Notes: generated from the letters alone by a model not told the origin. Positions 24,435-37,276 are shown, counted from the first letter of the whole stretch. The stretch is DNA of 63,540 nt, filler included, from Cercozoa sp. M6MM (GCA_040357565.1; 10 parts of 10 records of this genome joined end to end with filler, not necessarily neighbours in it); one strand, 5' to 3'. Translations and numbers: made by a program.

Positions 24435-24810
24435 TCGTGGTAGTTTTAGTTGAGTCTGATAAGTATGTGGGTCTCCGCACCAAGCTTAGGAGGGATCACA
24501 AGAGCAAGGTCGCGCCTAAGTTTACCGCCCGTTGAAATTTAAGGTCGGACCATACAACTCTCCTCACGACATGGCGCGGCGGTCGGGAAACGTGACCCGA
24601 CGTACCGCCGGTACCCGCGCCGATCGGTTTCGTAACTAACCGTCACTAGCGTAGCACCGTAGTACTGGACTACCACTCAACCCGACCAGCGCAGAACTAC
24701 GGAAATTGAAGTAAACTCGGCCGCCGGCGGTCCGGTGGGTCAGTCAAGTCCGGGTAGGCGGCTTGACCGTGCGGCACGCGTACGATCCGAGAGTGCGTGT
24801 GTGCATCGCA
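24435..24810 (+). ncRNA. Candidate structured non-coding RNA, family unassigned
   Basis: Intergenic stretch with at least six complementary stems, several needing G-U pairs on the + strand (coordinates in findings). Confidence 0.4.
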
Positions 24811-24939
24811 TGTGTTACTGTTATGCTGTTGTGTTGTGAAAAACAATCTAATGTGAGCGAGCCAAACGAATTCAGCGTTGCTGAGCGAACATGCCCTACA
24901 ACCAGCAACGAATTGGATTGCTAGGTCAAGACACAACAG

Positions 24940-26640
24940 AACTAACACACCGGTAGTTGGCCGCCGTTGCCAAAGAGTCGCGCACGCGCAGCAGCGACAC
25001 TGCCGATCTCGATGCCGGTTTCGATGCCCGAGTCCTGTTGCTGGGGTGGGTAAGGGGGGGGGGGGGGTAACCTGTGAAAGCACGGGTACCGGTGCAGGAG
25101 GAGGTCCACGAGGCGGTCGCGGTTCTAGTGGCGGTCGCGGAGCGAATTTCGCTGTCGGCTCTTGCTCTTGCTCTTGCTCTTGCACCTGGGGGGGGGGGGT
25201 AGAGTAAAGGTGGTAGTAAGAGTGGTACCTCCAAGTTCATAGAGGCCTCCAGTTCAGCTGCTTCCTCTGCCGTCACAGTGTAGGTGTTGCCTCTGTACCC
25301 ATAAGTACATTACAGAGGCGTGAGAGAGATGTAAGATAGTAGTACTCATTGTCGTGGTAAGTGACCATCTCGGGTGCTGGCGGCGGTTGCGTCGGTGCGA
25401 TAGGGGCAGCAGTCTGTGTTGCATATAGACACATAGATACACATAGATACACCATGCAAGAGACATGGGGGTACCTCTTGTGACTTGGGAGGCACAGGTG
25501 GCAACACCGGCTTTAACACCTCAGGTTGACTGTATGTATCTCAGTAGATAAAATGTAGGGAGGAGGGAAGAGACAGAAAGAGAGAGAGAGGGAGAGGTAC
25601 CTTTCGGTGTTCTTCTTCCAGTGGGGCGCAGGTGGTGCCGTCGGTTTCGTCTTGGTCGTCTGGTCACCCGACCTGCTGTTCTGCCGCTTCTTCCGCCGCA
25701 TCTCGGCCATCCAGGGCGGCACGTCCTCCTGCTTCTTATCCTCCTGTCTCGACTTGTCCTCGCGGTCGCTCCTGCTGTCCGACCGCTTATCTTTGTTGAG
25801 TGTGTTGCGGCGACGCAATGCTGCTTCGGCGGCGAGACTCATGCCGCCGCCGATGGACACTCCGCCCGCCGGGGTCTTCTTGACTTGCGACGGTTTCGGT
25901 GGCATCACTGGAGGGAGGGAGAGGGAGGTAACAAGAGGCAGGGAGGGTATGGTGTACATGGTAGAAGCTAAGCTACCTGGCTTTGGCGCCTGCTTCTTGG
26001 TTTCGCTCGGTTTGGACTTGGGAGGCGTGGGCACCTTGGGCTTCTCGATCGCGATGGACTTGCCGGGATTCACCGACGTTGGACGGCGTCGGCCTGCGCT
26101 TATTGAGCGGTGTTTTTACCCCCTCTATCCCCTTACCCTCAGGTACAAAGATGGAGGTACGGCGTCGCATGGTGGGACGCGAGATCTGCGCGTGCTGGAA
26201 GGTGGTCGTGAGTGGTCGGTTTTTTAGCGGGTCACTTAGGTCCGGCTACAGTGTAATACAACACGAATGAACAGTAAAATAGACAGTACAGATGGGCAAA
26301 CAACGTACAACCCGCTCTGGCTCGGGCTCAGCACCCGGCCGGGCATTTGAAACGGCACCAGCAGCGACACTCGCTTCCTTCTGACAAACAGGGATTTGTT
26401 AGGTCGGACGGGGGAGGGGGGGGGGGGGGGGGGACAAGTACCGAGCGAGGCACAGCCGGCGGCCTTGGCGTCAATTTTGGCTTCTGCTGCTCGAGTCGCG
26501 TGAGTGTCTCTCGCCAGAACTGTAGCTGCTGCTCAAGCGACTGGACCTGCGTGCGCGCCACCTGCAGCAGCCTGCTCGTGCAACAACACAGGGTGATCGA
26601 TAGACATCAATCCATCGCCCCGTGTGTTCGAAAGTACCAC
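24940..26640 (-). CDS. Proline-rich, largely disordered protein with N-terminal coiled coil; possible actin regulator; ends approximate
   Basis: Multiple PxxP tracts, GGGMSLAAEAALRRRNTL and VPPWMAEMRRKK; short GT-AG introns. Confidence 0.55.
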
Positions 26641-27043
26641 TCATGCGACTGCTTGTGATCGACTAGATAATATGCACGCAGTGAGAGTCAAGTAAACAGA
26701 AGAAAACAGAAGAAATCCTCGCCCCCCACACACGCGCGAAACACGTGCGCCACTGCAAAAAAAAAAACAAATGTCGCGTTACGCACTGGCGTCGGCAGCG
26801 CCTCCAGCGACTGCATTCGGCTATAGCACACACGCACGCGCACACTTCTTGCTGCACAATAGTGCCAGTTTGCTCACCGCCTGCAAACGGTGGCCGGGCC
26901 GCAAGAAAACCTACCGTCTGATCGGATCATCCGGTACTGGCACTGGCATCATCGGACAGTGTACCTCTTGTACTCTGAGTACAAGCACTACCACTTCGGT
27001 CTTCTATGTCAGTTACCGTTACCATAACATAGAGTAATCAGTG

Positions 27044-27930
27044 CTAAAATAGCTCTTCGGAGACCGAGTCGGAGACGTCAGTTGCACCGAGGCCGCGCTG
27101 CTCGACGAAGGAGAGAACGACGTCGAGGACCTGCTGCGCTTGCGGCCGGTCTGCCGAGTTTCGCAGCAGCGCTAGCACGTCCAGCAGTCTCTCTTCCCTA
27201 CATTTGCAACCGCGTAGGGCATGTCTACTCTGTGTATGAGTAATGCAAGATTCTTGAGTTACCGTTCCTTGCCAGCCACGACCATTTGGAGAGCACCACA
27301 GCAGGCGCCGCACTTGCCCTGCCAGAACTCGGGCGTCGGATCCAATCGCTCCAGCACGTCAAAGGCCTGAGCATAGTCTCGTGTTGCGAAGCATGCATGG
27401 CCCTCATTCACAAATGCTCACCTTGGCCGAGACGAAGAAAGCGCCGGTGCGGTAGCAGTCGTTCGCAATAAGTCGCAGCAGGTTGAACGAGTCGGCCGAC
27501 GCGTCCATCTTGAGGTACAAGTCCCAGGCGTCCCAGGCACGCTCATTCATGATGTAGGTGCGAGCAAGCCAGGCTTGAAAGTGGTACTGCTCCAGGATGG
27601 CTTTGCTCTTCACCTGGACTAGCATCTCCTCGGCCTCGACGAAGCGACCTTCCGCCGCGAGGGCGATGCCGAAATTCGCGTAGAATTCCTCGCTTCCTGT
27701 TTTGTCACAGCTCTCAATGAAACCTGAGGGAGGTAATTTTGCTGATTTACCTTGCATATACGGCTTGATAGAGTCCAGGTAGAGACACGCGTCGTCAAAG
27801 TCGCCATTGAGGAGCATGTAGGAAGCCATGCATTGTCGGCCGACCACTGTGTCGCACTCGCTGGCACTGCTACCGACCAGTCGAAACAGTTCGCGTGCCT
27901 TCACAGAAAGCAGAGCAAATTTCAGTTCGT
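27044..27930 (-). CDS. IFT56: Intraflagellar transport protein 56 (TTC26/DYF-13); 5' partial
   Basis: [59 protein letters not shown]. Confidence 0.95.
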
Positions 27931-28030
27931 NNNNNNNNNNNNNNNNNNNNNNNNNNNNNNNNNNNNNNNNNNNNTTAATTAATTAANNNNNNNNNNNNNN
28001 NNNNNNNNNNNNNNNNNNNNNNNNNNNNNN

Positions 28031-28229
28031 CTCTCTCTCTCTCTCTCTCTCTCTCAACACACGCGGACAGATCTCTGAGGCTCCTTTTGTGCAGTTTAAC
28101 GTGCGCGACCAGCTGGCCAAGTTCCCCGACGAGGTGTTCCCCGCCAAGTTTGCCGCCATCGCTGCCAAGGTCGCCGAGAACGCCAAGATCGCCGCGTACG
28201 TCGCGCAGCGTCCCGTTACTCCGTTCTAG
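28031..28229 (+). CDS. Glutathione S-transferase C-terminus (sigma/alpha-like); 5' partial
   Basis: ...AKVAENAKIAAYVAQRPVTPF* is a characteristic GST tail. Confidence 0.75.
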
Positions 28230-28709
28230 AACGGCTGTGCGTGTGAACACTTTTTTCTCGTTACCATAGTTACTGACTACCTGTACGGAGCCACTTTCAC
28301 GTCAAGTTGAGTCGAATACAGGGGACCCACTCAAGCAGGGCCAGCGGGAAAACAGTGAACGAACAATCAACGTAACATAATAAATGACGCTAGATAGCCG
28401 AGCCAAGTGCAAACCTGAACCGTGCATCGATATGTTTAAAACTGAAAAACCAGTCAGCGGCGAGCGCGCCCCGTGTGCACTAGCCAGTGTTCTCAACAGC
28501 AAGGTACTGTACGATCATAAGCCTTTCAATATTGGGACCAATAGAAGTGTTAGAAACGGATCGATCATTTTTTGGCCATGGGTCGGTCACGCTGACATCG
28601 CGCCCCGCACTGTCGTTCCAGTGCGCTGGGCTCTTTTTCAGTTGAGTCATTGCGCGCTGCCGCTGCGTTTGCCGCTGGAGGCATTGCGTGCTTGTGTGTA
28701 GCAGGGGAC

Positions 28710-31056
28710 ATGAGGCTGTTGACTGCTTGCGTGCTGGTGGCGATTACTGGCGTGCGAGCCATTGGCACCAACTGCGGCGCTCTTGAGGCCGCCTCGGTAT
28801 TTCAATATTAGGAATCCTGCCCAGATGTAGCTGGTCTTGGCATCCCACTCTGACCACACTGCTTAGGACTCTGTGCGCGATGATGTGCGAGCACTGCCGA
28901 GGGAGAAAACGTAAACCGGATTATTGAAGACACGATAAATTTTACTTGGTTGTTGATTGGAAGTTGGATTGTCTTGGTTCTTTTGACAGGCCCGAGAACT
29001 TCAAGGTGGCCTTCTTTGGCGATTCAGGTATCAAGGAGACGGCCTACAGTGTGATGCGCCTGATCAAAAAGGAGGGAGCCGAGGCTGTGGTGCATGCCGG
29101 CGACCTGGACTACGAGTCGTCGCCGAGCGAGTTTTTCCGCATGATCGACTCCACGCTGGGCGAGGACTTTCCGTTTTTCATCGCTGTAGGCAATCACGAC
29201 CTAAATGCTTGGAAGAAGGACAAGGTTCTTTCATATACTACGTACAGTAAATGTATGTATAGTAGATTGAGTTGTTTTATTAATTTGAATATGTATATAA
29301 GTTACTTAGTTTACATACTATAAACTTATAAATATAAATGTGTATACAGGACACTGACAAGAAGGGATACCGCGATCTCATTCGCGAGCGCTACGAGCGG
29401 CAGGACATTGCCAAGCACTGCACCGGCAAGACTGCCGAGAACGAGGCCTGTCTGTATGTTCAAATTTACTTGGTACCTCCCCTAACTCTTACTGCTTACA
29501 GGTACAAGGGTCTCCTGTTCGCCCTGTCTGGTGTCGGCACGCGCGGCAAGGATTGGTCTAGCTTCCTAGACGAGGCGCTGTCGGCGCATACGCGCAGCGA
29601 GGTGCCCTGGAAGGTGTGCAACTGGCACAAGAACCAGCGCAAGATGCAGGTCGGCGGCAAGTCCAACGAGGTCGGCTGGAGTGCCTACGAAACCTGCCGA
29701 AAGCACGGCGCTGTACCCTCCCTTTTACAACTTCAACTGTGAGAGGTGGTTTTTTTGTTATTGACTGTCAATTTGTCTCACTAGTTGGTGGCTACGGGTC
29801 ACGAGCACTCGTACGCGCGGACGCACATGATGTCATCGTTCAAGAATCAGGTGGTCTCGCAGGACACTGAGCGCATGACGGTAATTTCTTTCCGAATAAT
29901 CTGGAGTTACTAAATTTACTATCTCTTTTTCACTCAGCTGCGAAACGGCGAGTCAGTTTGCTGGTGCGCCGGCACTGGTGTACAGAAAAAAAAACTCTAG
30001 CGCTTGCTGTCAGTGTCCTGCTTGTGCACTTTTACTTTTCTAGGGCAAGAATATTCGTCCCTGCAAGAGCAATCGCGAGCAGAATCCGTGGTGTAAGTTT
30101 AAAAGTGTCAAATCTGCGAACTGTGCTTTGCGCGCTGAAGAATGTTCTGCGCTGAAGAAAGCAAAACTCAAGAATGTTCTGCAGGGGCCAGTTACGGCTG
30201 CGAGCAAGTTGAGGAATTCAAGCAGGGTGCCCTGTTCTGCACCTTCAACTATGGCGGTCTGCAGACCCGAGCGCTCTGTGAGTAACTTCGCCCCAAGTTT
30301 TGCTCAATCGAAGAAAACGCGTTTCCTATCTCTGCCCAGGTACAAGGACTACACTGGTCGGCAGTGGGACCAGTTCCTGCTGCACTCGGAACTGAGCGAC
30401 GTTGCTGCCGCCGAAAGCTCAGTGTGCGTGCCCGAGTTCGTTGAGGTGCAGATGCAGACTCAGCACGAGCGTACCGACGACGGTGCCGAACTCGTGTTTG
30501 CTGTGCCGGACTTTGAGCCTGCTGTATGTTCATTTCCGACGTTGGCTCCCCCACCTTTTGATCTGGTATGTTTTCGGCAGAAACTGACCGAAGCGCACGT
30601 GCAACTGTACGGCAAGAAGAACGGTGACTCGAGTCGCATGCAGCTATGGTTACAACGAGGCGATATCACGGTACATCCCTGCATTTCATTGACCTGGTAC
30701 TGTACACTCGGGACATGTAGATTGCCTGGACGGAGGACCCCCTGGACGAAGAGGCGTTCGAAGCCGGCGAAACCTGGGTGTCGCCTGACATTTCGCCCAT
30801 GTAAATTTGAGCATTGATTTTAGTCCCTGATCAGAAACTACTGTACACTGCCTGTAGCATTCGTCACGGCGTCGAGAAGGGCGAGCTGCGCATTCGCGTC
30901 TCGGCCGACGTGCCGCTCTACGTGAGCTTTCTTTATCTCATATGCTTTACTAGGCTGTGTACATGCTCACAATCATTGTAGGACATGATCGTGGGTTACG
31001 ACGAGGACGAATGCCTCGCTCCGGCACTCACGCTTGAGTTCGTCGACGAGTGCTGA
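28710..31056 (+). CDS. Secreted calcineurin-like metallophosphoesterase with C-terminal extension
   Basis: Signal-like MRLLTACVLVAITGVRA; metal motifs FGDSG, HAGDLDY, VGNHD, CNWH, TGHEHSYARTH. Confidence 0.87.
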
Positions 31057-31424
31057 GCTCAACGAGTTCGCTGGTGTCCGTGTAGATCAGGAAGAGTACG
31101 TGATTGTTGCTAGCTGCTGTCAACTCGATAACAACGGACTGTGTTGACTCGCAGTCCACTGCCCGTACACTCAAATTGGTTGCGGAGGTGTAGAGTACGG
31201 TGCAATACTGTACTGTAAATTGTTTAATATAAGTAACGTAATTTCCAATCAAAAACACGGTGGCACGTGCACGGTCGATCCGTCAGCAGCTCATTCCGTC
31301 TCGATTTAACCTGCTTAAGTTCAGTTTAGGACCTACAGTCAGTACTGTAACCAAATTAAAAATTTAGCTACCGACTGCAGCTGTTCGCAGCAACTAAGTT
31401 ATTTACTGTAAATTTAGTTCAATG

Positions 31425-31857
31425 TCAGTGTTCGGCGTATCTATGTAGTACTGTAACCGATCGTGTTGCCTGTACAGGAGGTTCAATTGCAACGTGTGGT
31501 GCTTTAGCGACGCCAACGAGGCGAGCCGCAGCGTGCTTCGAGCGCACATGGCTGCGCGCAACTCGAGCGAGCGGCAATGGCGCGATGAAGACGTGAGTTG
31601 AGGTAGCGCTGCTGCAGCTGGCGTGCGCGCGAGGTTCTGTAGAACCGTCGGCTTGACGCTCACGAGCGCGACGCAACAGTCTCTCTCGGCCTGCTGCTGC
31701 GGCTTCCTCGGCCACTCGGCGCAGTTGTTGGCGCTCGCAGCCTGCAGTTGTTAACGCTGAGCCTGTCGAGTCGTTTTCGCAGGAGGTGGACAACTGGGTC
31801 TTCGCAATAGACGCGAATTAAAACAGGTGGACAACATTCGGATCCACAGTTCATTCA
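31425..31857 (-). CDS. Hypothetical small helical protein
   Basis: Overlapping ORF fragments with GT-AG gaps; no family recognised. Confidence 0.35.
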
Positions 31858-32199
31858 TGAAAACAATCTACCATTTCCTAGATTTTTAAATTTAAAGGCA
31901 AAATGCGCGACAGCGCGAGGTTCAGCTTCCTTGCACTCAGATTTTGCGTTGGTGCTACGGTGCACCAAAGTCGAGATTTACGTTTTTGCAAGGAACCCTG
32001 TCACGGTCGGGCAGGTCGTTCGGCTTTGTCCGCGTGCAAGCATTTTGCCCCCGAAAGCCGGGTCACCCACCTTACAGCGCGTTTCTCCAACATATGCCCC
32101 TGGAAAACGTACAGTATCTGAATGTTAGGTGCCGATATTTACATGTACCTGAAGTACGATAATTCAAAATAAATTTAGTGAAGCAGATTTTGTTGGAGG

Positions 32200-34319
32200 C
32201 TGTCGGCAGGACTTGCTCGTTCAGTACTAGTCAGTCATGGACTCATGGTGTCAGAAGTAATGACAGTGCTGGTGCAATCGCGACGCGCGCTTCTTGTAGC
32301 CGCGCGTCAGGTACTTGTGCAATGCCGCCGCTTGGTGTCGGTAAGAGCGACGCAGCTTGCGTCGCAAAGCACGCTGGCGACGGCGTGCCACGCGACGACG
32401 CGTACGCTCGGAGCGTCTCTCGGTGTCGAGCAGAGCCTGCAAAGTCAATGGCTCAGAAGGCACTCGCGTCGACTCCTCGTCTGGAGTGAGTTGAGTCACA
32501 GTGCACTCGCGGATCTGCGAGTGCAGCTTCAACATCGCACTGGCGGCGCACTCGGCTGCAACGCTGCAGAAAGCGATGCGACGTGACAGCGTGGTGCACA
32601 CCTGGCCGGCAAAGCTCGACTTCTCGGCAGTTTGGTGGATACGCTTCGACAGTTCGACCTTGCCCAGTGCCGCTCGCTCGCGCTGCTTGGCTTCCTCCAA
32701 AGCCAAGAGAGCTCCTTCATGCTCCTGCACGCACTTCCGCACAGTGTCGACAAGACTCACGCGTTGCGAGTTGTAGAAAGCAACCTGCAGTCGAGCAACA
32801 CACTCAATATTAATCGCGATGTTTTTAAAGTATATGGTACGTGCGCACGCGAGATCTTGAGGTCGTCGTGAATGCGCGTCATACGACGCGTCACCTTCGA
32901 TCGGCCCTTCCAGTTGATGAATTTGCTCTTGAGCTGCTCCTGTGCGGTCTTGTGATTGGCGAGAGCAGCGTTGAGCAGCTGGTTGGTGTGCGCCAAGCCA
33001 CTACGAGCGTGCACGACCTTGCTTTCCTTGGTGCTCACCAGAAGACTGGCACCGTGTGACTCTCGTGCCAGCACCGCGGCCTCTTCTTCGGCCACGCGAA
33101 GAGCTGTCTCTGCTGCCTTGGCGCACTTGGCGCGACGCAACGACATCTCGTGTACCTTGCCAAGTGCCACGGTGGCAGCACGTGCACGGACACGCGTGTG
33201 GCTGCGCCGACTGGCAGGCCGGACGTCCGAGACAACCGCGTCGAACACCTTCTTGAGCGGCTTTGACACAGCGCAGTTGAGCGACTTGTGTTGCGGCGTG
33301 ACTGCGTTCGTCGTGTCACTCTTTTTGAGTGCCGCGTTCTTGCGCTGCACACGGCGAATCACCTCGCTGTTGATTGCCAAAATCAAACACAGAGTAAGAC
33401 ATTGGATTAACTGATTTTGGAAGACAGTTGCAGTTGTCCGTACCGAAGAACTACACGCATTTTGTTGCGACGCTTCGAGAGTTCTCGGCGACTCGATCGC
33501 TTACGGATCTGCTTCACGACGTGTTTGGCGACTGTCTTGGCAGGCTTGAGATGGCGCAGTTGCTTCTTCAGCACAGTGACCTCTTGGCGCAACGCATGGG
33601 TCTGCAGTGTTAATTTACAGTAAGTTTAATTTGAAGCACGAGGAGAAATGAGCCGGTTTCCATTGTAGAACATGGAACATTTATAGTAAAGTCTAATTTG
33701 ACCCAACATTGTACAGTACCTCTGCCATCGACTGCTGATGACGCAACTGACTCTCGACATTGGCCGCAGCGAGCTGGCGTTGCAGTTGTCCGATTTGAGT
33801 AATCGCAGCTCGAAGCAACTGCGTCACTTGACTTGGCATGGAGTTCGACATCAGTTCCACATGGCCGCAGGCAACACCAGCGCTGGTTCGTGCGGAGACA
33901 TGTGCGCTGACAGGAGAAGGAGGCACCAAGGTGGGAGGTGGCGCGTTGACGTCGGCTTCGTCATCGGTCAGAATGAAAGACGGCCCGGGGCTTTGCTTGC
34001 CACTGTGCATCTCTGTCTCCGAGCGCACCGAGGAGTCACGGTCACTCCCGCTCTCTTCAGTGCCGAATGCAGCAAGTTCGCTCACAACCGACTTGCTCAG
34101 GTGGTCAGAGCCATCATCAGCAACGTCCACACCGTCATGCTCACTCCCGGTTAAGTCAGCACTCGGGTTGTCGCTCATTCGGTCCCACTCCGAACTGCAT
34201 GAGCTTCCAGTTTCGAACTGCACCTCAGCAAAGTCGCTCAGATTGTCATCAGTCGTCTGCATTTTCTGGCTTTTGCCCGAGTTCAGTTCGGTTCGCAAAA
34301 TCTTTCTGCTAGAATCCAA
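32200..34319 (-). CDS. Hypothetical protein with Ser/Asp-rich N-terminus and coiled coil
   Basis: Collinear ORFs 33693-34319, 33407-33592, 32757-33386 and 32251-32760. Confidence 0.6.
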
Positions 34320-34659
34320 CTGAACGTGCCTATTTCGCCCGCTTTTGCCTGCAAACGAAGTTCTAGCGCACTAAAAAGCCGTTTACGCGATGTTCTTTAG
34401 CAGAGCTCGCGTAATCGGTGTGGGGGAGGTGTGGTAGTTTTGCCGGTTCCACCCGTTTCTTCAAAAAACTGAAATCCCAAGAAAACCTTCGCGTCGAGTC
34501 GACATCACACATTGTACACAACCGCAGAATCTCGCGTTGTTAAATGTACAAGTACTATTGTAGAGCTCACCTCTCGGTGAACTGAGAGTCTGAGACTTGA
34601 CCATTGTGGGCAGTTTTTATTTTTTGCTCATCTTGTTCGATCGACTGTTCTGTTACAGG

Positions 34660-35314
34660 TATGCTGAAAATTCCAAACAGCACGCTCGCTAATTCGCTTT
34701 GAAGTTCCGAGAACAGATAAAAAATACACCGATGGTTGCCGCATTTCCGTTGGATGGCCTGTCATTTGGTATAACACCACGATGTGTTTTTTGAAGTTTT
34801 CATAAATGATTGTGCTTTTGATTTGGTGTTTGAGTAGTGAAGAACGACGCATTCTCACTGGAAGACGCGCGCGGCCAGGTGCTGGTGGTAGAGTTTTGGG
34901 CCACGTGGTGCCCGCCGTGCAGAGAGAGCATTCCCCATCTGACCGAGCTGCAGGCCAAGGTATCTTAGTGGGTACTTCTCAGGGTGTATATGTGTGTGTA
35001 CGAGTAGTACATGGGCGATGTGCGGTTCCTCGGCATCTCGGCCGAGTCGGTCGACACAGTGCGCAGCTTTGTGGCACAGCAGGGCACTAACATGGACTAC
35101 TGGGTGGCTGCCGACCCGTCGCGACAAGTCACGTCGCAGTACATGCAGCACTTCCAGGCGCGTGGCATTGTACCCCCTCCCTTTACCCCTCCCTGTGTTA
35201 TCCTCTGTCACCTATTTACCCTGTCACTCCTGTGCAAAGCCAATGGCCGTACTGATCGGTGCCAACGGCGAAATGGTCGGCAAGTTCCACCCGGCCGAAC
35301 CTGACTTTGGTACT

Positions 35315-35363
<49 letters not shown>

Positions 35364-35373
35364 NNNNNNNNNN

Positions 35374-35421
<48 letters not shown>

Positions 35422-35758
35422 GTCTATCTTGTGTGTGTGTGTCGTAGAGACCAAGCTCCAGGCAGAGATCGCCAAGAGATACCAGGTACTCACGTTGGGC
35501 CTGCCCGTTCCCCTACCTTGTCTACCACCTGTGCCTGGGCATGGGTAGGTGCTGGCTAATCTGCCCGAAAGCGAGCTCATGCAGAAGCGTGTACGTTCAG
35601 TCCAGTTGCCTCAGTCGAGTATCTGTCTGTGTATTGTGCAAGCTTGTGCACCGTGACAGGTGGGCGAACTCAAGAAGATCATGCGCGCCGTCGGCGCCAG
35701 CGGCCGCAACATTGTCGAAAAGCGTGACATGGTGGCCGCCATCAAGGCCTCGCTCTAG
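34660..35758 (+). CDS. TlpA/ResA-like thioredoxin with a short C-terminal SAP/ARMET-like helical domain; start approximate
   Basis: LVVEFWATWCPPCRESIPHLTELQ, FLGIS, RGI-PMAVLIG; tail VGELKKIMRAVGASGRNIVEKRDMVAAIKASL*. Confidence 0.85.
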
Positions 35759-36012
35759 GCTGTGTCACGGCCATTAACTAAGGTATTGAAGACGACTAAA
35801 TAAAGGAAGTGTACGTCAGTTAGAAAGACGTCGAAGGGGAGGAATAGAAAAAATCGTACCCTTGAAAGCTTGACCCGAGCAAAAGCTTTCTATAACCATA
35901 CTGATTTGATCATCCGCGATGAGAGACTTGACTGAGAAAACGCTATGCTTTAACAGCTGTCATAAATCAAAAACATGCCATGCGCATGCAGGGACGGGGA
36001 CGGGGGGACGGA

Positions 36013-36857
36013 TTAGTGCCCACTGGCAGGCCGGGCGGCTGCAGTGCCCGAGAAGTCGCGCCGCTCGTAGTTGCCGCGGTACCGGTGGTGCTGCTGCTGC
36101 CGCCTGCTGCCGGTGAACTGCACACCCAGCAGAGTTCATATGAAGCAGAGCCCATAGGAAGCAGAGCCCATAGGAAGCAGAGCCCATATGAAGCAGAGCC
36201 CATATGAAGCAGAGCCCGTAGCCTACCTGTGTGCGGTGGTGGTAGGCGTAGTGCCGCGACTGGTGGTGCGTGTGCCACTGCGACGACACCTCGACCGGCA
36301 CGAGGCCGAAGGAGTGCTCGTCGCTCGAGGTCTCATCGGTGTCACCGTCACTTGAGGTGTCGTTGTCGTAGCCAGTGTAGCCGTCGCTCGTGTCGTAGCC
36401 GGTGTCGTAGCCAGTGTCGGTGTCAGTGCCAGTGTCGCCGTCAGTGTCAGTGTCACGTGCCTCACCGTCAGTGTCACCGTCAGTGTCAGTGTCACGTGCC
36501 TCACCGTCAGTGTCAGTGTCACGTGCCTCACCGTCAGTGTCACCGTCACCGTCAGTGTCACGTGCCTCACCGTCAGTGTCAGTGTCACCGTCAGTGCGCA
36601 CGTGCTGATCGCCGCGCCTCCTCACGGCCGTGTCCGACGACTGCTGTCTCTCCTGTTGCTGTGGCTGCTGTCCCTGTTGCTGTGGGTGTGGCTGTTCCTG
36701 TGGTTGGTCTTCTTGTTCTTCTTGTCGTTGTTGTTGTTGTTTTTCGCCTGCTTGTTGTTGTTTCTCTGGTGTGTGTTTGCGTAATAATTGTTGTTTCTTC
36801 TCGTCAGAGTCCGAGTGCGATTGCTCCTCCTCCTCCTCCGACTGTTGTTGTTGTTGC

Positions 36858-36895
<38 letters not shown>

Positions 36896-36914
36896 GCTGC
36901 GCTTTTGCCGCTTG
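36013..36914 (-). CDS. Low-complexity polyQ / Asp-Thr-rich C-terminus of an unknown protein; 5' partial
   Basis: (CAA/CAG)n tract, DTDGEAR repeats, and a last exon ending ...ARPASGH*. Confidence 0.45.
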
Positions 36915-37034
36915 NNNNNNNNNNNNNNNNNNNNNNNNNNNNNNNNNNNNNNNNNNNNTTAATTAATTAANNNNNNNNNNNNNNNNNNNNNNNNNNNNNN
37001 NNNNNNNNNNNNNNCCTTACCCACGCCTGTCAGG

Positions 37035-37276
37035 TTGGGCCTGTTCATCACGGTGCCGGCCTTCTGGGCGATCACCTTCTTCGTGCTGCTGCTGATGGAC
37101 GTGCTGGAGTGCTTCCTGCACGCGCTGCGTCTCCACTGGGTTGAGTTCCAGAACAAGGTACGGCTGTCTTGTTCCTCTCGCGTGTCGGAATATGTGCTGT
37201 GTCGCAGTTCTTCAAGGGCGACGGTCGCGCCTTTGTGCCCTTCTCGTTCAAGGCCGTTCTCAACGAGGACGATTAA
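37035..37276 (+). CDS. VPH1: V-type ATPase V0 subunit a, C-terminus; 5' partial
   Basis: [35 protein letters not shown]. Confidence 0.96.

Noticed and set aside
24520-24545. ACCGCCCGTTGAAATTTAAG as an rRNA fragment
   Set aside because: Only a short resemblance; the flanks do not follow 18S, 5.8S or 28S rRNA.
36229-36966. Cys-rich metallothionein-like ORFs on the + strand
   Set aside because: They are antisense readings of CAA/GAC low-complexity repeats.
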